From contig NW_026515690.1 in the NCBI RefSeq assembly GCF_025526975.1, positions 62,001 to 126,000 of the forward strand: a stretch of 64,000 nt of DNA. Reading direction: 5' to 3'. The notes below the pieces were generated by a model. The model did no database searches. It was not told where the DNA came from and saw only the letters and a program-made list of their open reading frames with translations. Positions 13,628 through 28,400 of the stretch are shown here, piece after piece. The first letter of the stretch is position 1. Each line of letters begins with the position of its first letter. Position numbers and translations under genes: made by a program. The stretch is from Fimicolochytrium jonesii. Taxonomy: Eukaryota.

Positions 13628-14308
13628 TTAGACAAGAGCGACTGCCTCAATCTCTACCAATGCGTCGCGAGGTAAACGGGCCGCTGTTCCCGTAAGCCAG
13701 GTTAGTCCATGACTTTCACAAAATGTAACCAAAGATCATAGCGCGGTACCTTGCACAGCTGAACGAGCAGGCCTAGCAGATCCAAACGCCTTTGTGTACT
13801 CTTCGTTCATCGCGTTGAAATCGTTCATGTCCTACGGAATTGGGAGAGAAGTTGAGAAATTCCCCCTACATCCCCTGGCCCTCTTTGCGATGAGCAACAT
13901 ACCTTGAGGAAAACGGTTGTCTTGACCACCTTGTCTACAGAGGTGCCAGCAGCCTCCAAAATGGCCTTCAAGTTCTTCAAAGCCTGCTCCGTTTGTTCTT
14001 TGATACCTCCTGCTACAAAGTCCATCTTCTTCGGATCTAAAGGAGTTCTATGCTTAGAAAAAGAGTTGAAATACAGGCTAATATCTCACCTCCTCACCAA
14101 AACCAAGCTGTCCGGCAGTGTAAAGGAAGCCGTTCGCGACTACAGCCTGGGAGTAAGGCCCAATGGCAGCGGGAGCGTTGGGAGTCTGGATGGTCTTGAT
14201 GGACGACATTGCGCGTTGACACTGGAGTAGACACGGAGTAGCAGTGATGAGATGGGAGCGCAGGAGAGAGGTCCTGAGAGCTGGTCGCAGCACAGCGTTG
14301 GTTAACAT
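13628..14308 (-). CDS. RidA/YjgF/UK114 enamine deaminase with mitochondrial presequence (Mmf1-like)
   Basis: APAAIGPYSQAV...LYTAGQL, EQALKNLKAILEAAG...VVKTTVFL, PARSAVQ...LPRDALVEIEAVALV*. Arg/Leu/Ser-rich N-terminus. Confidence 0.94.
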
Positions 14309-14775
14309 GGACTGGGGGGTGGCAGATGGACGACCGTACTGTATGTACTGTATGGACTGTTCGATGCAGAAGTGAAGTTTACAGTACCGCTGGCAGCCCG
14401 AGAAATAACGGGAGGGGTCGCGTTCGAGTCAGGCGAGCGTCATGAACGCGGCGGAAGACATTCAATTGCTGCCTGATCACGTGCAAAAGATACCCTGCAG
14501 ATTCAAGTGAGTGCGCGGCCCGGCGATGTCCCGGGTGCGCGGCCAATGCACCGCAATGTCATAGCTGGCCAAGTACAGTATTAGCTCGTCTCGGCATCCC
14601 AAATTGAAGCTGCAACCATCTCTCGTCGAGTTCACAGCAGCACCCTTGTAAGTAGTGCCCAGGCAAGTCAATAAGTGCTTCTGGCTCCCTACTAATATCG
14701 GCTGTACGGACGCCCCTTGTCTCAACAGTCTCACGACGACCACCCACGCACAAAGCTCTCCGCCAGCCATCTGAA

Positions 14776-16089
14776 ATGCTCATCGATCTGAATCCCGCCA
14801 ACAAGATTCTTGAGGAATCCCTCAGGGATAGGTTCGCCGGGTGCGTTGACGATTGCGTGAAGGACCGAGGTGGGACGGGGGAATCAGCATGCCGTAGCCG
14901 CCTGGTTTGAACTACGCGCATCCTGTCGACGGATGCCTTTCGGAAGACTGTGATGGGAATTCATACGGCTTTTGAGGAGGCATCCACCGCACTTCGGAAG
15001 CTGGGCTTACATTCCTCGCAAACTTTCAGGAGCTTAGACAAATCGCAGTCGAAGGTGGCGGATTTCGATGGTGTCACATACAAAATCTCGTCACCGGATG
15101 CCAAAACCGCGTTGCACATCAGCATGTCACTGAAGTGCTTCCCAGAACTTCAGAAGTATGGTGCGGATTCGGTGCTGAAAAGAATATATGGGGACCAGCT
15201 GCAAGATACCCCTGAGGATGGGTACGATGTCACGCTAAGATTGGATTTGGAGAATTTGCCAGAAGACAAAGGTGGGAGTGGAGACGGTCTGGCACATTCA
15301 ACACATGGTGGGACTAACGGTCGATTTGATGGCGTAGAATCATTGATTCGCGAAGTTTCATTGTTGAAGCGGAATGCTCTTGCCGCCCCTTTCGAACGGG
15401 CATTTGCGGCCCAATTGGAAGGCAATGACTCGGAACTGATGACGATCACATACCGCGCCGATGAAGCATTTTACGTCAAGGCACAACACGACCGTGTAAC
15501 TGTCATCTTCTCTACGGTCTTCACAGAGGAGACCGATCGGATTTTTGGGAAGGTCTTCTTGCAGGTATGACTTTCCCTGTATCATGCCTCTGTCCTGCAT
15601 GTAACGCTGGGCTGACGTCGGCGTCTCACACCCTTAGGAATTCGTTGACGCCCGCCGAAGTCCCGCAACCCAAAACGCACCACAAGTGCTCTACAGCCAC
15701 CGCGAGCCACCAATGGAACTTCGCGGCGTCTCAGGGGTCCATGAGAGCGAAAACATCGGCTATATCACCTTTGTCCTCTTCCCACGACACTTTACAGGCA
15801 AAGACGCCGCCGAAGGTTGCATTTCCCGCATCCAGCTCTTCCGCGACTACCTGCACTACCACATCAAAGCTTCCAAAGCCTACATGCACTCGCGTATGCG
15901 CACGAGAGTCGGCTCGTTCCTCAAAGTGCTGAATCGCGCGAAGCCAGAGCAGCCGGAGGACAAGGAGAAGAAGACGTCGAGGTATGTTCTCTTGTCGCCG
16001 CGATTGTAGGCCTTCGGGTGCCATTTTGGACGCTCACAATGTCTCACGCGTTCTCTCCTTGCAGCGGTAAAACCTTCAAACGCTCATAA
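14776..16089 (+). CDS. ARPC2: Arp2/3 complex 34 kDa subunit
   Basis: [34 protein letters not shown]...[49 protein letters not shown]. Confidence 0.96.
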
Positions 16090-16527
16090 CCTAATCATAT
16101 CACACCGGTGCCGGGCTGGCGAGTCAACTGTCTCTTGGCTCGATCTACCCCATCCCGCGCTCTATAAATCTGGTTGACCCTCTGAGAACTCCACTTGTAT
16201 TATATCATCGGAATAGGAGTGCCCAATCCTTGATGTTCTCCTCCTTGCCATGTCCGTCTTACCCGTTGCCACCGTCAGAGGGCGTCGTGAATGTGTTGGC
16301 TTACCGGCCAACGGGGATTGACTATGGGCAGTAGTAGGACCCCGGCGATACGATGGAGGATCATTCTGCAACAGCACGATGCCACCCAGCGCCTTGCTGC
16401 TCAGCGTCGCAGGTTTGGGAGGTATACTCCAAAGCGGAGGAGTCCACCAGGGAATGTCCGTGACGTCTACCCCATTCGGCGTTTGCCACTCCTCACTCCT
16501 TTTAAGACTCACTCTCGCTGCCATCCA

Positions 16528-19121
16528 TCACGGCGCATAAAACACCGCAAAGAACTTGGCTGTCGTCTTAACGTTCTTCTTCAGAACCGCATTCAGCGTC
16601 GCCACAGACTGCTCCCACTTGGCCAACTCATCCTTGCCCAGCGGTTGTTGCTGTTGCTGCTGTGACTGCCCTGGTTCAGCGACTGCCACAGGGCCCTGCT
16701 TTGTGATTCGCTCGACGTTCAGCTCAACAAAGTCCCAGAAGAGCCCTAGGAGGGTTGCGACGTCGGTGGCGGGGATCAGGTGGAGGATGAGGGAGCTGTC
16801 GGAGAGGGGAGGTGGGAGAATGCGAGCCTGATATATGGAAAAGCTGCATCAGATATCACACCATCCCAAGGGGACAGAGGCATTGCGATCACCTCTACTG
16901 TCCTAATGTTTTCCAATGGAAAAGTGTGGTACATACTTTTGCGAGCGCACGGGTGACTCTGATAGCAATATCGACCTCTTTCCGGAACGCTTCGCCCGCA
17001 GGTCTTGTAGAGGCTCGTGTTTTCGTTTGTCTCCAGAACCCCAGTGCCGCCGAATGGATAGCACGGATGATATCCACAACCAGAATCAAGGATGTATAGT
17101 CTGCGGTGTGGGCATTGAAAAGTAAGCACCCAAGAAACCCCTGCAATCAAACTCAATGTGTATATATTCCAAGCGTTACCCGAGACCAGGTTCTCCAAAA
17201 TATCCCATAGGGTGGGTTTCTCGATGAAAATATCCACGACGCGAGCGGGTGGAACGCGCACGAAACGTCGCATAAGCATGCGGGCCACGTTTCTCTTTTC
17301 CAGTATCCCGTTCTCGGCATTGAACGCAATTTCCATCCAGTCGGGCAGGTGATTTAACCATGGTTGACGCGCTGTTTGGAGTTTCTGGGTTGGGATGATG
17401 ATGGGTATCGCTTGTAGTGGTTCAGATTTCTGTGGTGCGGCTGCAGGTCGTAGTTCCCCTCGGCGCGCGTTTGTTGAGATTTTACCACTCTCATTGATCT
17501 GGTCCAGGAGGGACACCACAGATGGCTTCCTGAATGCAGGCGTATTCGTCAATTCATTGTCGGCACTCTCACCGACCTTCTTTTGAACCGTGCCGGCAGT
17601 GCCAGAATCAAGCAGTCGGCTAACGGGAACGACAATAGCCGACGGGAGCATCGCAAAAATGGCCTGGATCGCTTGGTTGTCAAAAGAGGCGTGTTCCCCG
17701 CTGCCCGGCCAATCCGCCCAAGTTAACGAACTTTCCAGAAATGAAAGAGCCGCAAGCGTGTTGGGTTTATTCGATGTCATGTCGTCCAAGATGATATCGC
17801 CACAGCACGATAGCAAGGACAGGTCGCCCGGAGATGCGGCAGACGAGCCCGAATGTTGCGACGCTTGTAGTGAATCGAAAAGCTCGTTCACGATCGCCTT
17901 CCTCTCCGACTTTCCGACACAAGGAAGGAGCGCCGGTAAGCTTTTAAAGAAACCGTTCCGAGTAGCCTCCGATTCAACCTGTACTGCATCCAGAAGATTC
18001 AGCAAGGTCGTCCCAAGCAGACGTGGCATTTTGCCCTGCAAGGTGCTGTTGAGATCCTTGACCAGCTCCACAAGTCCGGCCTGTCCGTCTGGTGTGAGGG
18101 TCGCAGGATTGAGAAGGAGGGTGCTGAACACGGTTGCTGGGTCCGATGCGCGAGCAAGGCACGAGCAGAGTAGCGTAAACACCGCGTCGCTTTTATCAAG
18201 GGTCTTATGAGACGCATAATCGCGGAGCACCTTGGCCAGAGCGACAGCCCTCGCATCCATCGCTGAGGATGGGTCTGTTGGTGTCGATGTCGATAATGGC
18301 TTTGTCAGCACGGTTATCTGTATCTGGAAGTGTGACAAGTTAAGTACAGCTATGAGCACAGTCACCGACAGCGAACTTCGTCATGCTTTGAGCGTACTTT
18401 ATTGACGACGATCCACATCAGGTCGTTGGCCTGCTTCTGCACGGCTCCTATCGCATCTGGTAGCCGACTTTTCTGGAACTTGGCCTGCATCTGGGAGACT
18501 CGACCGCTGTAGACCAATTCCGCAAGAAGGAAAAGGTCCACCAGGTCTTCTGGCCCGAGGGATTCTACGGTTTGCACAAGGTATGTGAGCCACGAGGCTG
18601 CGACGTTCGCTGTTGGGTCCTTTTCCCTGTACGGAAGTATCAGTGGCAATAATCTTGCAATGGGAGCCGTGACTCAGAGAAGCTAACCCTTGCTGCCTGG
18701 AGTATTCGCTGAGCCCACTGAACGCCTCGAAAATACATATGTCTGCAATGTTTTCTTGACGAACTCTTTGCAGGACGTCGCTGAAGAAAGCTAGAAAGCA
18801 CTTGTCTTAATACGCCTCGCCTGCGATCAAACAGAACCGGTTTAGAATCGGTACCTTGTAGAACAACCGGGCACGTCACCGCCAAGGTGAAAAGATAGGA
18901 CAAAACATAGCGTCGCCAAGGATCTGAAGGGAACGGAGCGGTTCAGTATACATTGCGCCTGACAGGGTGGGAGCTTTCAGTGCGGCTCTACCTGCAGTGA
19001 GCACATCTACTGTTCGAGTCATCTCAAAATAGGCCCGGAGGAGCTCCATGATACTGTCCAACAGAGGGGTACGGGAAATTTGCAGCAACTGCGCAACAAT
19101 GCTGCTGATCGTGCGGTCCAT
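16528..19121 (-). CDS. Helical-repeat protein, possibly Integrator subunit 5-like, multi-exon
   Basis: Chain of minus-strand ORFs joinable by GT-AG introns. The last exon PATDVATLLGLFWDFVE...TLNAVLKKNVKTTAKFFAVFYAP* resembles my recollection of the INTS5 C-terminus; not verified by search. Confidence 0.5.
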
Positions 19122-19528
19122 CTTCGTCAGCTTTCTGCAATCGTGATGAGATGGATTTCAGTTTTTGGATACGGTCGAATCAGTGTGCTGCTGGTACTCA
19201 GTGCTCACATTGGGGTGTTCGTGCTCAGACTACTAAGCACCGAATTCCCAGATTTTAGTATCATGTCGATGGCAGAGACATGGAACGTGTGAATGAGTTT
19301 TGGTCTTTGAGAGAGAATGTGGAGCACCAGTACGGTATGGAAGGACGTTCGATCCATAGCTAGCTGAAGGGAATTTCAGGCATTAGGACCCTCCGGGTAC
19401 TTGTGATCGCTAGTATACATTCGTCAGCCTACCTTCAGTAATGGACCGATGACCTTCTCCCTATGACTAAGTGCGCGGATAGGACGAAAGTTTCAAAACC
19501 TAGTGATTTTCCTTTTCCCATTCCAACT

Positions 19529-20152
19529 TCAGGGGTACCTCTCCGGGCAAGCGTCAATAGCGATGTACAAAAGACCCAGCACAGCGCCCGGCACAGGCTC
19601 TTGGCTCAGCCGGGCAATGACATTCAACTGATCCTGTGTCGTCCCTTGTGCCGATGCTACATCGCAACAAGAGCAGGACATTACTTCATCCGGCCCGGGT
19701 GGATACGGCCGTGGGAACTGATATACAAACCTATAAATTCCGCGAATACGGCATACGACCACTTCAGAGAGATAGAAAAAAGTCAATGTATATACTCTCA
19801 GGAAGCCAATGCAAACCATCTAGCTTACATTGAGGCCATCAACCGGCGTAACCGAGCTGCCGTCTCCAACCAAGTCCCCGAGCCTCCTAACGGCCTTCAA
19901 CAAGTCAATCTTCCGCTCTTCATGCGGACTTCCTCTTGTCAGACGTAACCACTCCGTGAGCTGCGGCAGGACCTGCGGAGCTGGAGCTTCGTATGCCTCT
20001 AGTAGCTTGACAAGCTCAAGAGGTAAGGGTCCCCCGTTCCTTCTCCGGTGGGGAAGGCCATATGGATATCCGCCGCCTGCGGGAGGTCCGCCATTCCCAC
20101 CGCCCCGGCCACCGCCTCGCCCTGCTTTGGAAGCTTTGTTTGCTTTTGGCAT
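19529..20152 (-). CDS. Hypothetical protein (Gly/Arg-rich N-terminus)
   Basis: ATG-initiated ORF MPKANKASKAGRGGGRGGG... followed by a GTAAGC donor. 3' end uncertain; no family recognised. Confidence 0.3.
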
Positions 20153-20529
20153 TGTCCTGGAGGGTTTTTCTAGCAGCTTGCATCTGTTGTAATTCGCTGG
20201 GAATGCCGAGGTAACAGAGAAAGGAAACTGCATGCGGACGCGACCCAATCTTTCGATTCCAACACTGGGATCCAGTGCCTTGACTTAGAGGCCTTCAGCG
20301 CTGCACAAAACTGCTACATGAACCGCATTTGCAATACGCCGCAGTCTTCGAACTTCTTCATAAGATTAAAAGGTATGTACAGTTTTGATAGACTATCATT
20401 ACTCCGCGTTCTAGGGTTGCATCCCAGACATGATATCATCGCTCGGCCCCCCTGCACATTCCAATTTATGGGATAGTTTCGCCATGCATCGTACGAGAAG
20501 AGCATCGAACTGGAATGTTGGCGGTGCGT

Positions 20530-21727
20530 TCATCGGCCTGCACCCCATTGAGGTGGTGGTGGTGGAAAATTCCCCTGGAATCCATGTTGCGGTGGAAACG
20601 CTTGCCCTGGGAATGGTGGCGGAGGCATACCAGGGCGTCCAGCGAACTGAGGAGGTGCGGGCGGCGGGGCTGCGGAAACACAAAACAGATCGATCAGCGG
20701 AGAGAAACTGAGCGTTGCAAGTCAAGGAAGTAGTGCGACTTACGCATGGACGGGAACTGTCCCATTGGTGGCTGAAATCCGGGTCGAGGTGGAGGCGGTT
20801 GGAACCCACCAGGAGGAGGGCCGGGGTGAAAGCCTCCCATGGGTAGAGCGGGCGGTCTTCCCATACCTGCGGCCACTGGCATACCAGGATTGATCATCGG
20901 AGGTGGAGGCATGCCGCCTACTGGTGGCATTCCAGGACGCGGGCGTGCGGGAATATCCGCGAAGAACCGATTTGGCATATGTGCCGGCTGATTCTTTCGA
21001 GATTGTGCTGCCAATAACCTCTCCGCTGCGCTTCCGTGACGCTCTCCCTTTCCATCCTTCTTGAAAGCATACGACACCGTGATGGGTTTGTTCATCAGAT
21101 ACTGTCCATTCATAGCTTCGATCGCAGCATCTGACGATTCGAAATTATCGAACGCAACAAATCCATAACCCTTCGAGTTCCCAGTATCTGGATCCCTGGC
21201 GACTTTCGGTGTTTGGACTATTACACCAAATGCCGAGAAGGTGTCGTAAAGAAGCTTTTCCTCGACGTCTGGGTCCAGATTTCCGATGAACAAAGATGCC
21301 CCCACATCCAGGTTCTTCTTATCCGAAGTCGCTTTATTGACGCGGATGGGCTTCCCATATAATTTTATCATGTTCATGATCTGGACGTAGCTGGTTAGCA
21401 TGGTAAGCATTTAACAACGCTGCCACGCTCAACTGAAGCCTCACCTTGATTGAATAATCGGCATCCTCTTCCGTCATGTATTCCACAAACCCATATCCTT
21501 GATGCTGCTGTGTCACACGGTCTTTGGGTAGGTGCACATTGACTGGAGAACCAAAAAGGCGGTCAGGAAACAGGTTCCAGTCTTTTCAGACAGCAATTGA
21601 GGCAAGCCTTACCTACCGGGCCGCCTTGCAACATAAGCTCCCAGAGAAGCCCCTCTGATACTCGATCGTCGACGTTACCCACGTAGACTGTGGCGTCCTG
21701 GTTGCGCTCCTCCGGCCTGTTGGACAT
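20530..21727 (-). CDS. SF3B4: Splicing factor 3B subunit 4 (SAP49/Hsh49), two RRMs and Pro-rich tail
   Basis: [77 protein letters not shown]. Confidence 0.96.
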
Positions 21728-22400
21728 GCTGGTTGTCTTCTCCGCGGGACAGTTTACACTATTTACTCAAAATAAGAGTGCCAAGATCCCTAGTTTAGCA
21801 CGGGGTGACTGAGTGGATACGATGGAGCTTCAATGGGTGTGATCCGGAGACTGCTCTCTGAGAGTTGCCAAGTCGAGCGTTTTTCGTCCGGGCTCCTCCT
21901 GCTGCGACTGCGAGGCAGTGCGTAATCGAGCGCGCTTTTTGATTAGCCATTCTGTTTTCAAAAGGAGTTGAAGCTAATCACAACTCTAATCTTACGCGCC
22001 CGCCAAATGCGTAATGACCGACACGTACGAAGTTGTTCTCCAGTGGCAATTTTGCCTGTCTTGCACATGAGGCATCGAAAATACTGTCAGTCAGCGGCCA
22101 GGTTCAGAGAGACTCCCCTGGCCTCAAGGTATGGCTGTGGGGATAGACGTCTCAGGCTGGGCTCAATACAACTTCACCGCCCGCTACAACCCCTAGAAAT
22201 CCACCAACGCCTCCCTACCCACCAGCACAGACTCTCACGTCCTGGTCTAGGCCTGCCTCGATCGCTTCGGTTCCTGCTGATAAGCTTCGCTTCCCAAGTG
22301 GCGGCCCCACTCACCTACGAGACACGATAATTGTGGGAAACTTGCGATTTCGGAACTCCTCGACAAACCACTCTCCCCTACTCCCCAACAACGAGCACAC

Positions 22401-23286
22401 ATGGCAGACCTGCGTCGGAAATTGGTTATCGTCGGTGACGGTGCCTGCGGTAAAACCTGTCTACTGATCGTCTTCTCGAAAGGCACATTCCCTGACGTAA
22501 GTTACGTCCATCCCGTCTTCCGCGCATTACGCCCTGCATTGTTGCCTTGTTACGTTTCTCCTTGTTGGGGTTCCACCGTACAAACGGGAGACGCTCTGGT
22601 TTGGCTCTTATCTGACATTACTCTGTGCTTGTCTCACAGGTGTACGTCCCCACGGTGTTTGAGAACTACGTCGCGGACGTTGAGGTGGACGGAAGGCGTG
22701 TGGAACTGGCGTTGTGGGATACTGCTGGTCAAGAAGACTACGATCGACTGCGTCCTTTGTCATACCCAGACTCCCATGTCATTTTGATCTGTTTTGCGAT
22801 TGATTCGCCGGATTCGCTTGACAACGTTCAAGAAAAGGTGCGGTTTGTCATGTGTCCGTCCTTCCACGATGCGAACCTGTTGGTTGACTTTCTGTGCTTC
22901 TTATCTTACAATAGTGGATATCCGAAGTACTACATTTTTGCGCAGGCTTGCCAATCATCTTGGTGGGATGCAAGAAGGATCTGAGGCATGACCCCAAAAC
23001 AATCGAAGAGCTCCGCAAAACGCATCAATCCCCCGTCACCCCCGATGAGGTAGAGCTCACCATCTATTTATATCCATCGTGAGTTCCCACCTCTTAACCA
23101 TTGGAATGGCTTCTATAGGGACATGCCGTTGCCCAGAAGATCTCTGCTTGGAAATACCTTGAATGCAGTGCGCGAACGAACGAGGGCGTGAGGGAAGTAT
23201 TCGAGCACGCAACACGGGCTGCCCTCACAATGACTCGGGGTCGGAAGAAGCCTGGATCTGGATCGAACAAGTGTCAGCTTCTTTAA
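22401..23286 (+). CDS. RHO1: Rho GTPase Rho1
   Basis: [48 protein letters not shown]-terminal CAAX CQLL*. Confidence 0.97.
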
Positions 23287-23719
23287 GGCGATGAGGGCAA
23301 ACGTCCTTTCCTCCAATCTCCAACCCAAACGTTGTCCTCCCTTACCTTTAGATTCACCTCATCTGCCCTCCCTTGATCATTGTTTTTTGCCACTGTTTAC
23401 ATCTGTTCCTTTCTTCGTTTATTCTCTTTGTATCTTTTCGTTCATTCCAATATTTTTGTGTCCCCATATATCTATGTCTTGATGCATAGTTTTGTGCGAT
23501 GGTAATTGAGCACGCCGCTCTCCGTGTCATTAGGAACGCAAAATTCAGGAGGCCTCGAGTGGAAACCCTACTCCATAAATTAAATACATCGCGCTGTCGT
23601 TTTGACAAATGACAGGATCTCGACCTTCCCGACGCCCATCGTCCGAACACTACACTACGTAAATGCTCAACCTTGACCATTCGTCCCCCAATTGAAGCAG
23701 CTTACTCTCCCTCTTCAGT

Positions 23720-24847
23720 ATGCCACATCACCAGCCCGCGAACCCACCAGCGCTACCGGGCGTTGAGGAAGGATCAGAAATAGCAGAGGAAGATGAGCAG
23801 GCAGTGAGGTCTCATCAATTGCCCAATCCGCGCGCATCGTCGTCTAGTGCAGGCAGAGACGCTAAACGTGATGGGAGGGGGATGACATCTGGTATGTTGG
23901 CGTTGTTGGGTGGAGGGACAATTTATCATTTACGAGAAGGGCCTGCCGTTATGAATTGCGACCCCTACGGATCTGATTTTCTGTTCCTTCCATCCATCTA
24001 TCAACAGACTCCGACGACTCCGACGCACTTCCACCGTCAAAAAACCTTCCCCCAAAACGCAAACCGGCACCACCCACCACCAAACCCAAACCCAAGCCCC
24101 GCCGACCCGCATCGAACAAACCCTTTCAGACGAACACCGCAACCGACACAAAGACCACCGCGGACACCACCGATTTCATCGACCCCAAAGCTCCCGCCGC
24201 CCACCAAACCCTGCTCGTGACCCCGGCGCCGGGATTCTACGACCCGTACCCGACGACATGGCCCAGCAAATCGGACATCAAGGCGCAACGGAAGCATGCG
24301 GGGCGGGTGGATGTGGATAAGGATGATTGGACGAAGATGCCGGAGCGATTTGTGAGGAAGAAGAAGGTATATTGATTGACAGATTATGCGTTGGCTATAG
24401 CCTGTGCTGAGGGAGATGGACTCATCCGGACTCTGCACGGATCCCATGCACGAACCCCAAGAGTAAAATTGGACCTGGGTATTATGCGCTGGAACGAAGA
24501 GGCACGAGAGATCACCACGTCCCCGCCGTTCACGTCAGCTCTGTGCCGAGGTTTCCGAAACTGACGCAGAATCCTAGAGTTGGGCCGGGCGTGTATGCAG
24601 TAAGTACCTTTGTGGCTTCACTCAGACGATGCCTAGCGTCTTGGCCAACCATTTCACACACTTTCAGGTGGAAATGGTAAAGATCGAGCACTGCTTCAAA
24701 CCGTGGATCACGACGCTAGTCCCGCGCGACTGGGTCCCGCCGTCGAAGATGCCGAGTGCGGATGAAGCGGCGCGGCAGGCGGAGTTGCTGGATATGGCGG
24801 GTGCGCGGCGGGTGTTTTTGGCAAGTTGGAATTTTCGGGGTTCCTGA
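23720..24847 (+). CDS. Hypothetical low-complexity protein, multi-exon
   Basis: ATG exon ending at a GTATGT donor (about 23892) splices to a Pro/Lys/Thr-rich open exon after CAACAG (24007). A later exon VKIEHCFKPWITTLVPRDWVPP... ends at 24847. Confidence 0.35.
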
Positions 24848-25403
24848 TCTTTGGGATGGAACGTGGTATCAGGTGTCCTGATCCTGTGGCGGATTCAACA
24901 GAAATCCCTCGCGGCGGGAGAAGAGCCGGCCGCCCCGACGACGCCATCGCAGGTCGTGCCCACGGAACCCGCGAAACAGCAGCCGGTGGTGCGAACGGAA
25001 CCACATGCGAAGGCTTTGCACATTTTTAGTCCCGTAAGCAATGATACGGTGTAGTGTCATGTCCCTTGGATATATGCTTACCCGTCCTTACTGCAGGACT
25101 TCTTCATCTCGGCCCCTCTCCCTCTCCCGACCTCTGCCACGACGAAAACATGACATTCTCGCCAAGGCCGCTCGAAAATCGAACTCCTACCTTGATGGGA
25201 TATACAACACACGATGATATATTCACGACGAAACGTAAGGCAGGTAGCAGTCTAGATATGTAGTAATAATGTAGTAGGGGAAGAAAATAGTCTAGAAAAA
25301 TACATCAGAGAGGAACACATGGCTCGCCCAAAAAAGAAAAAGCGACAGTGAAGTCGAAACGCCTGCCGCCTATGCCCTGAGTAGGTGTCATTGGACGACG
25401 ACA

Positions 25404-28400
25404 TCACAACTCGCTAAGACGTGGACTATGGTGATGGGCTTGGACGACGTTACGCGCGCTGAGACGCGGGCTATGGGCTGCGGACCGGCTTTCGAGCGAT
25501 GGGAGGACGGACATCATTGATTTGGGGGAGGGTGGTGGGGCGCTGGGAATGCGGCGGAGGGCGATGTCTTCTTCGCGGGGGACGGGGATCAACTCGACCC
25601 TGCGGAAGCGTAATGAAGCGGTTAGGTTTGCGCTTCATTCCAACGTGCAATCTGAAAAGAGCAAAACTCACCTGAACGGTAAAGGGACCTCAGCAACAGC
25701 TCTGAATTTTCCAATGTTGTTGGTATGTTCGTTCTCCATCCGCAGCACGCTCCATACGAAGCGTCTGAACAGCTCCACGAGAGCTTGCAGATAGACCAGC
25801 ACCCGTGCGTCTTGGAACAGACCCCAGTTGTTGGGAGAGAGGAGGAAGACCCAGGAGAGACGGAGGACGAAGTTCAGGCTGTCGAGCGATGCACGAGGGC
25901 GGTTAACACTCATAAGTCCCGCGAACAGCGAATAGCAACGCGAAACGTACCCAATAGCCGAAACATAAACCCACTTCGGATAAACCAACACATTCCTCAA
26001 CCACCTATTCTTGCCATGCCGCTGCAACAATCCCCAATCAAACAAGACATCCCACGAGTACGCATACATCGACGCAAAGATGGCGGATATGATCCAGAAG
26101 ATGCGTGCGGCGTCGCTGCCTGTGATGCGCGCCGCGGCGGAGAAGAAGATGACGGAGAGGGAGAGGCAGTATTTCAAGGCGTTGCTGATGTGCGGGTGGA
26201 GGAGTTTGCTGTCGTAGTAACCTGGGGGATGTCGGTTGATGCGTGTGCTAAGATATCGGTGAGGGTGGAGCGGAGCGGTGGGATGGCAGACTTACGGCGA
26301 ATACATTGCAGCAGGCGCCAGAGCGCAGGCAAGGCTGTGATGAACGGGACTACCCATGACGTTGAAAAACTACAGTCCCTTTCTATAATACACCCCGTTA
26401 AAACGTCAGCTAACCTTCCCGTCGTGGCTGCGTATTTGGCACCCCAAATCTTACCAAGGTCATCCAAGTCGTGAACGGCCGAACAAACGAGCGTTTGCAT
26501 CGAAACGAACATATACGTCTATGAAGTGGCAGGTGTTAGGGTCAGATATCGACTGCATCTTCCATCTCTAGTTACCGCGCACATACCATAGAGCTCAAAA
26601 GATCGGTAATGAAGAAATCGCGAAACTGGACGGTGTACACTCCGGACACGATAATACGAAACTGCCGAGTGCGTGGATGTTAGAACTACGGTATGCGATG
26701 ACGTACAGGGCAGATCTCAGCGGCCCGTACCAGTGTCTTCGCAAACCAAGCCCGCGAGGAGCGGTAGAATACGTCGAAAGGATTCAGAAGAATAAATAGA
26801 ATGATGAATAGAAGGATCTATTTCGGAGAGGACAGGGTATGTAAGCGGTTCGCGGGGTGAAATGACAGATTGGTTTGCATCTTGGTGGACTTACCGATGG
26901 GTACCATTTGGTGGAGATGAAACTAAGTAAGTTCTCGGTCATGGCGAGATACATTGTGTAGGAGAATAATAGCAGGAGGACAGAGGCAAAGTCTGACACC
27001 GCTTCGGCGGGCATATAGTCTGGCAACCACCACAAGCGAGTCAACTTAGCCGCCCATTCATGCTGTTTTCGTCACTCAACAGACGACTCGAGTAAACTCA
27101 CCACGCGGATCCAGTTCGAACACCAGAACCCAATTTACATGATATCTTTGCCAAATGACAAGGAGGAGCGCGTACATGAACAAAAACAGGATAGGGATGC
27201 TGTGCCGGGAATCACGTCAGACATCGGTTGCGTTCAACCAACCAATACATCGATCAGTATTCACCTGAAACCCGCGAAAACCAGAAAGATCAGCTGAACG
27301 TTCTTGTCTGGGAACCCGTTGCCGAAAATATGTCGTAGGGATGATACGATAGCGGGGATAGAGAGACCGATCAGGAGTCCGGTACGCCAGTTCTTCAGCC
27401 CGAGGTCGGCTTTTACGTCGGGGATGCGAAGACTTCGCATCGCTTTGTGACTGTAAGCGCAGAAGTAATCGATCAGCTCACGTTTCTGTCGAGGCAATTG
27501 GTACAGTTGCCCAAGGTGCTATACCGATTGCCCGCAGCGAAGTTCGCCGTGTATAGAGTTTCACTGAGCGTGATCATCTCCTCGATCCGTCTCGATTTGA
27601 AGATGTGCAGTTCCTTCGCTCGCGCAGAGTACCAATCTCCATTGGTCCCGGTGGTCTTCTCGAACTTTTTCAGAATCTTGGCTAAAGACGTCTGGTTGAT
27701 GATTCGGAAGTTCTTTAAGAGCTCTAGCAACCTATAGAACTGATACGGCAATGACATGGTGATAAGCGGGTTGACCATTGCGCGACGGCGATATTGTCCA
27801 GTCGCACCTCTAGGAATGCCTTTTGCAGCCGTTGTTTAGGGTTCTTAGCAACGGGCGTGAAGTTTTCAGCTTCCCGACTATTTGGATCCTCGTCGGACGC
27901 TTCAGGCTCTTGTTCTGTGATCTGATACCGTGCGTTGGTTTCGTTCCGATCCTTCCCGTCCTGCATCAAGTTCCCTTCACCATCGACGGGAGACGATTCG
28001 AGCCGTATCACTCCTTGCTCCTGAAATCGCAGTGATTTCTGTGAGTAGGAGCCACTTTTGCAAAGATCAGAGCTGTGGCGCAAACTAACCCCCAATGCAA
28101 CTCCGATCTGATTATTATGCGACAATATATCGCACTGCCGACTGAGATCCTCCAAGCGCTTCCATGCTTGCTCTTCCCTGACTAGGAAAATCCGCATCAG
28201 AGATCGTCGAGTCGCTTTGGCATCCTGAGATGCTGACGGCCCCAGCCAGCGCCACAAACCATTGAAGAACTTATCAGCCTTCCGCAGTTCAAAATCCAGC
28301 CGCTTAAAGAAATCCATCTCCTCGCCAGTAAGCTGGTTCTCTTCCAGCGCCATCAAGAAGTCCTGTTCTTCTTTTATGCGTTCATCGGACGCGGATTTTG

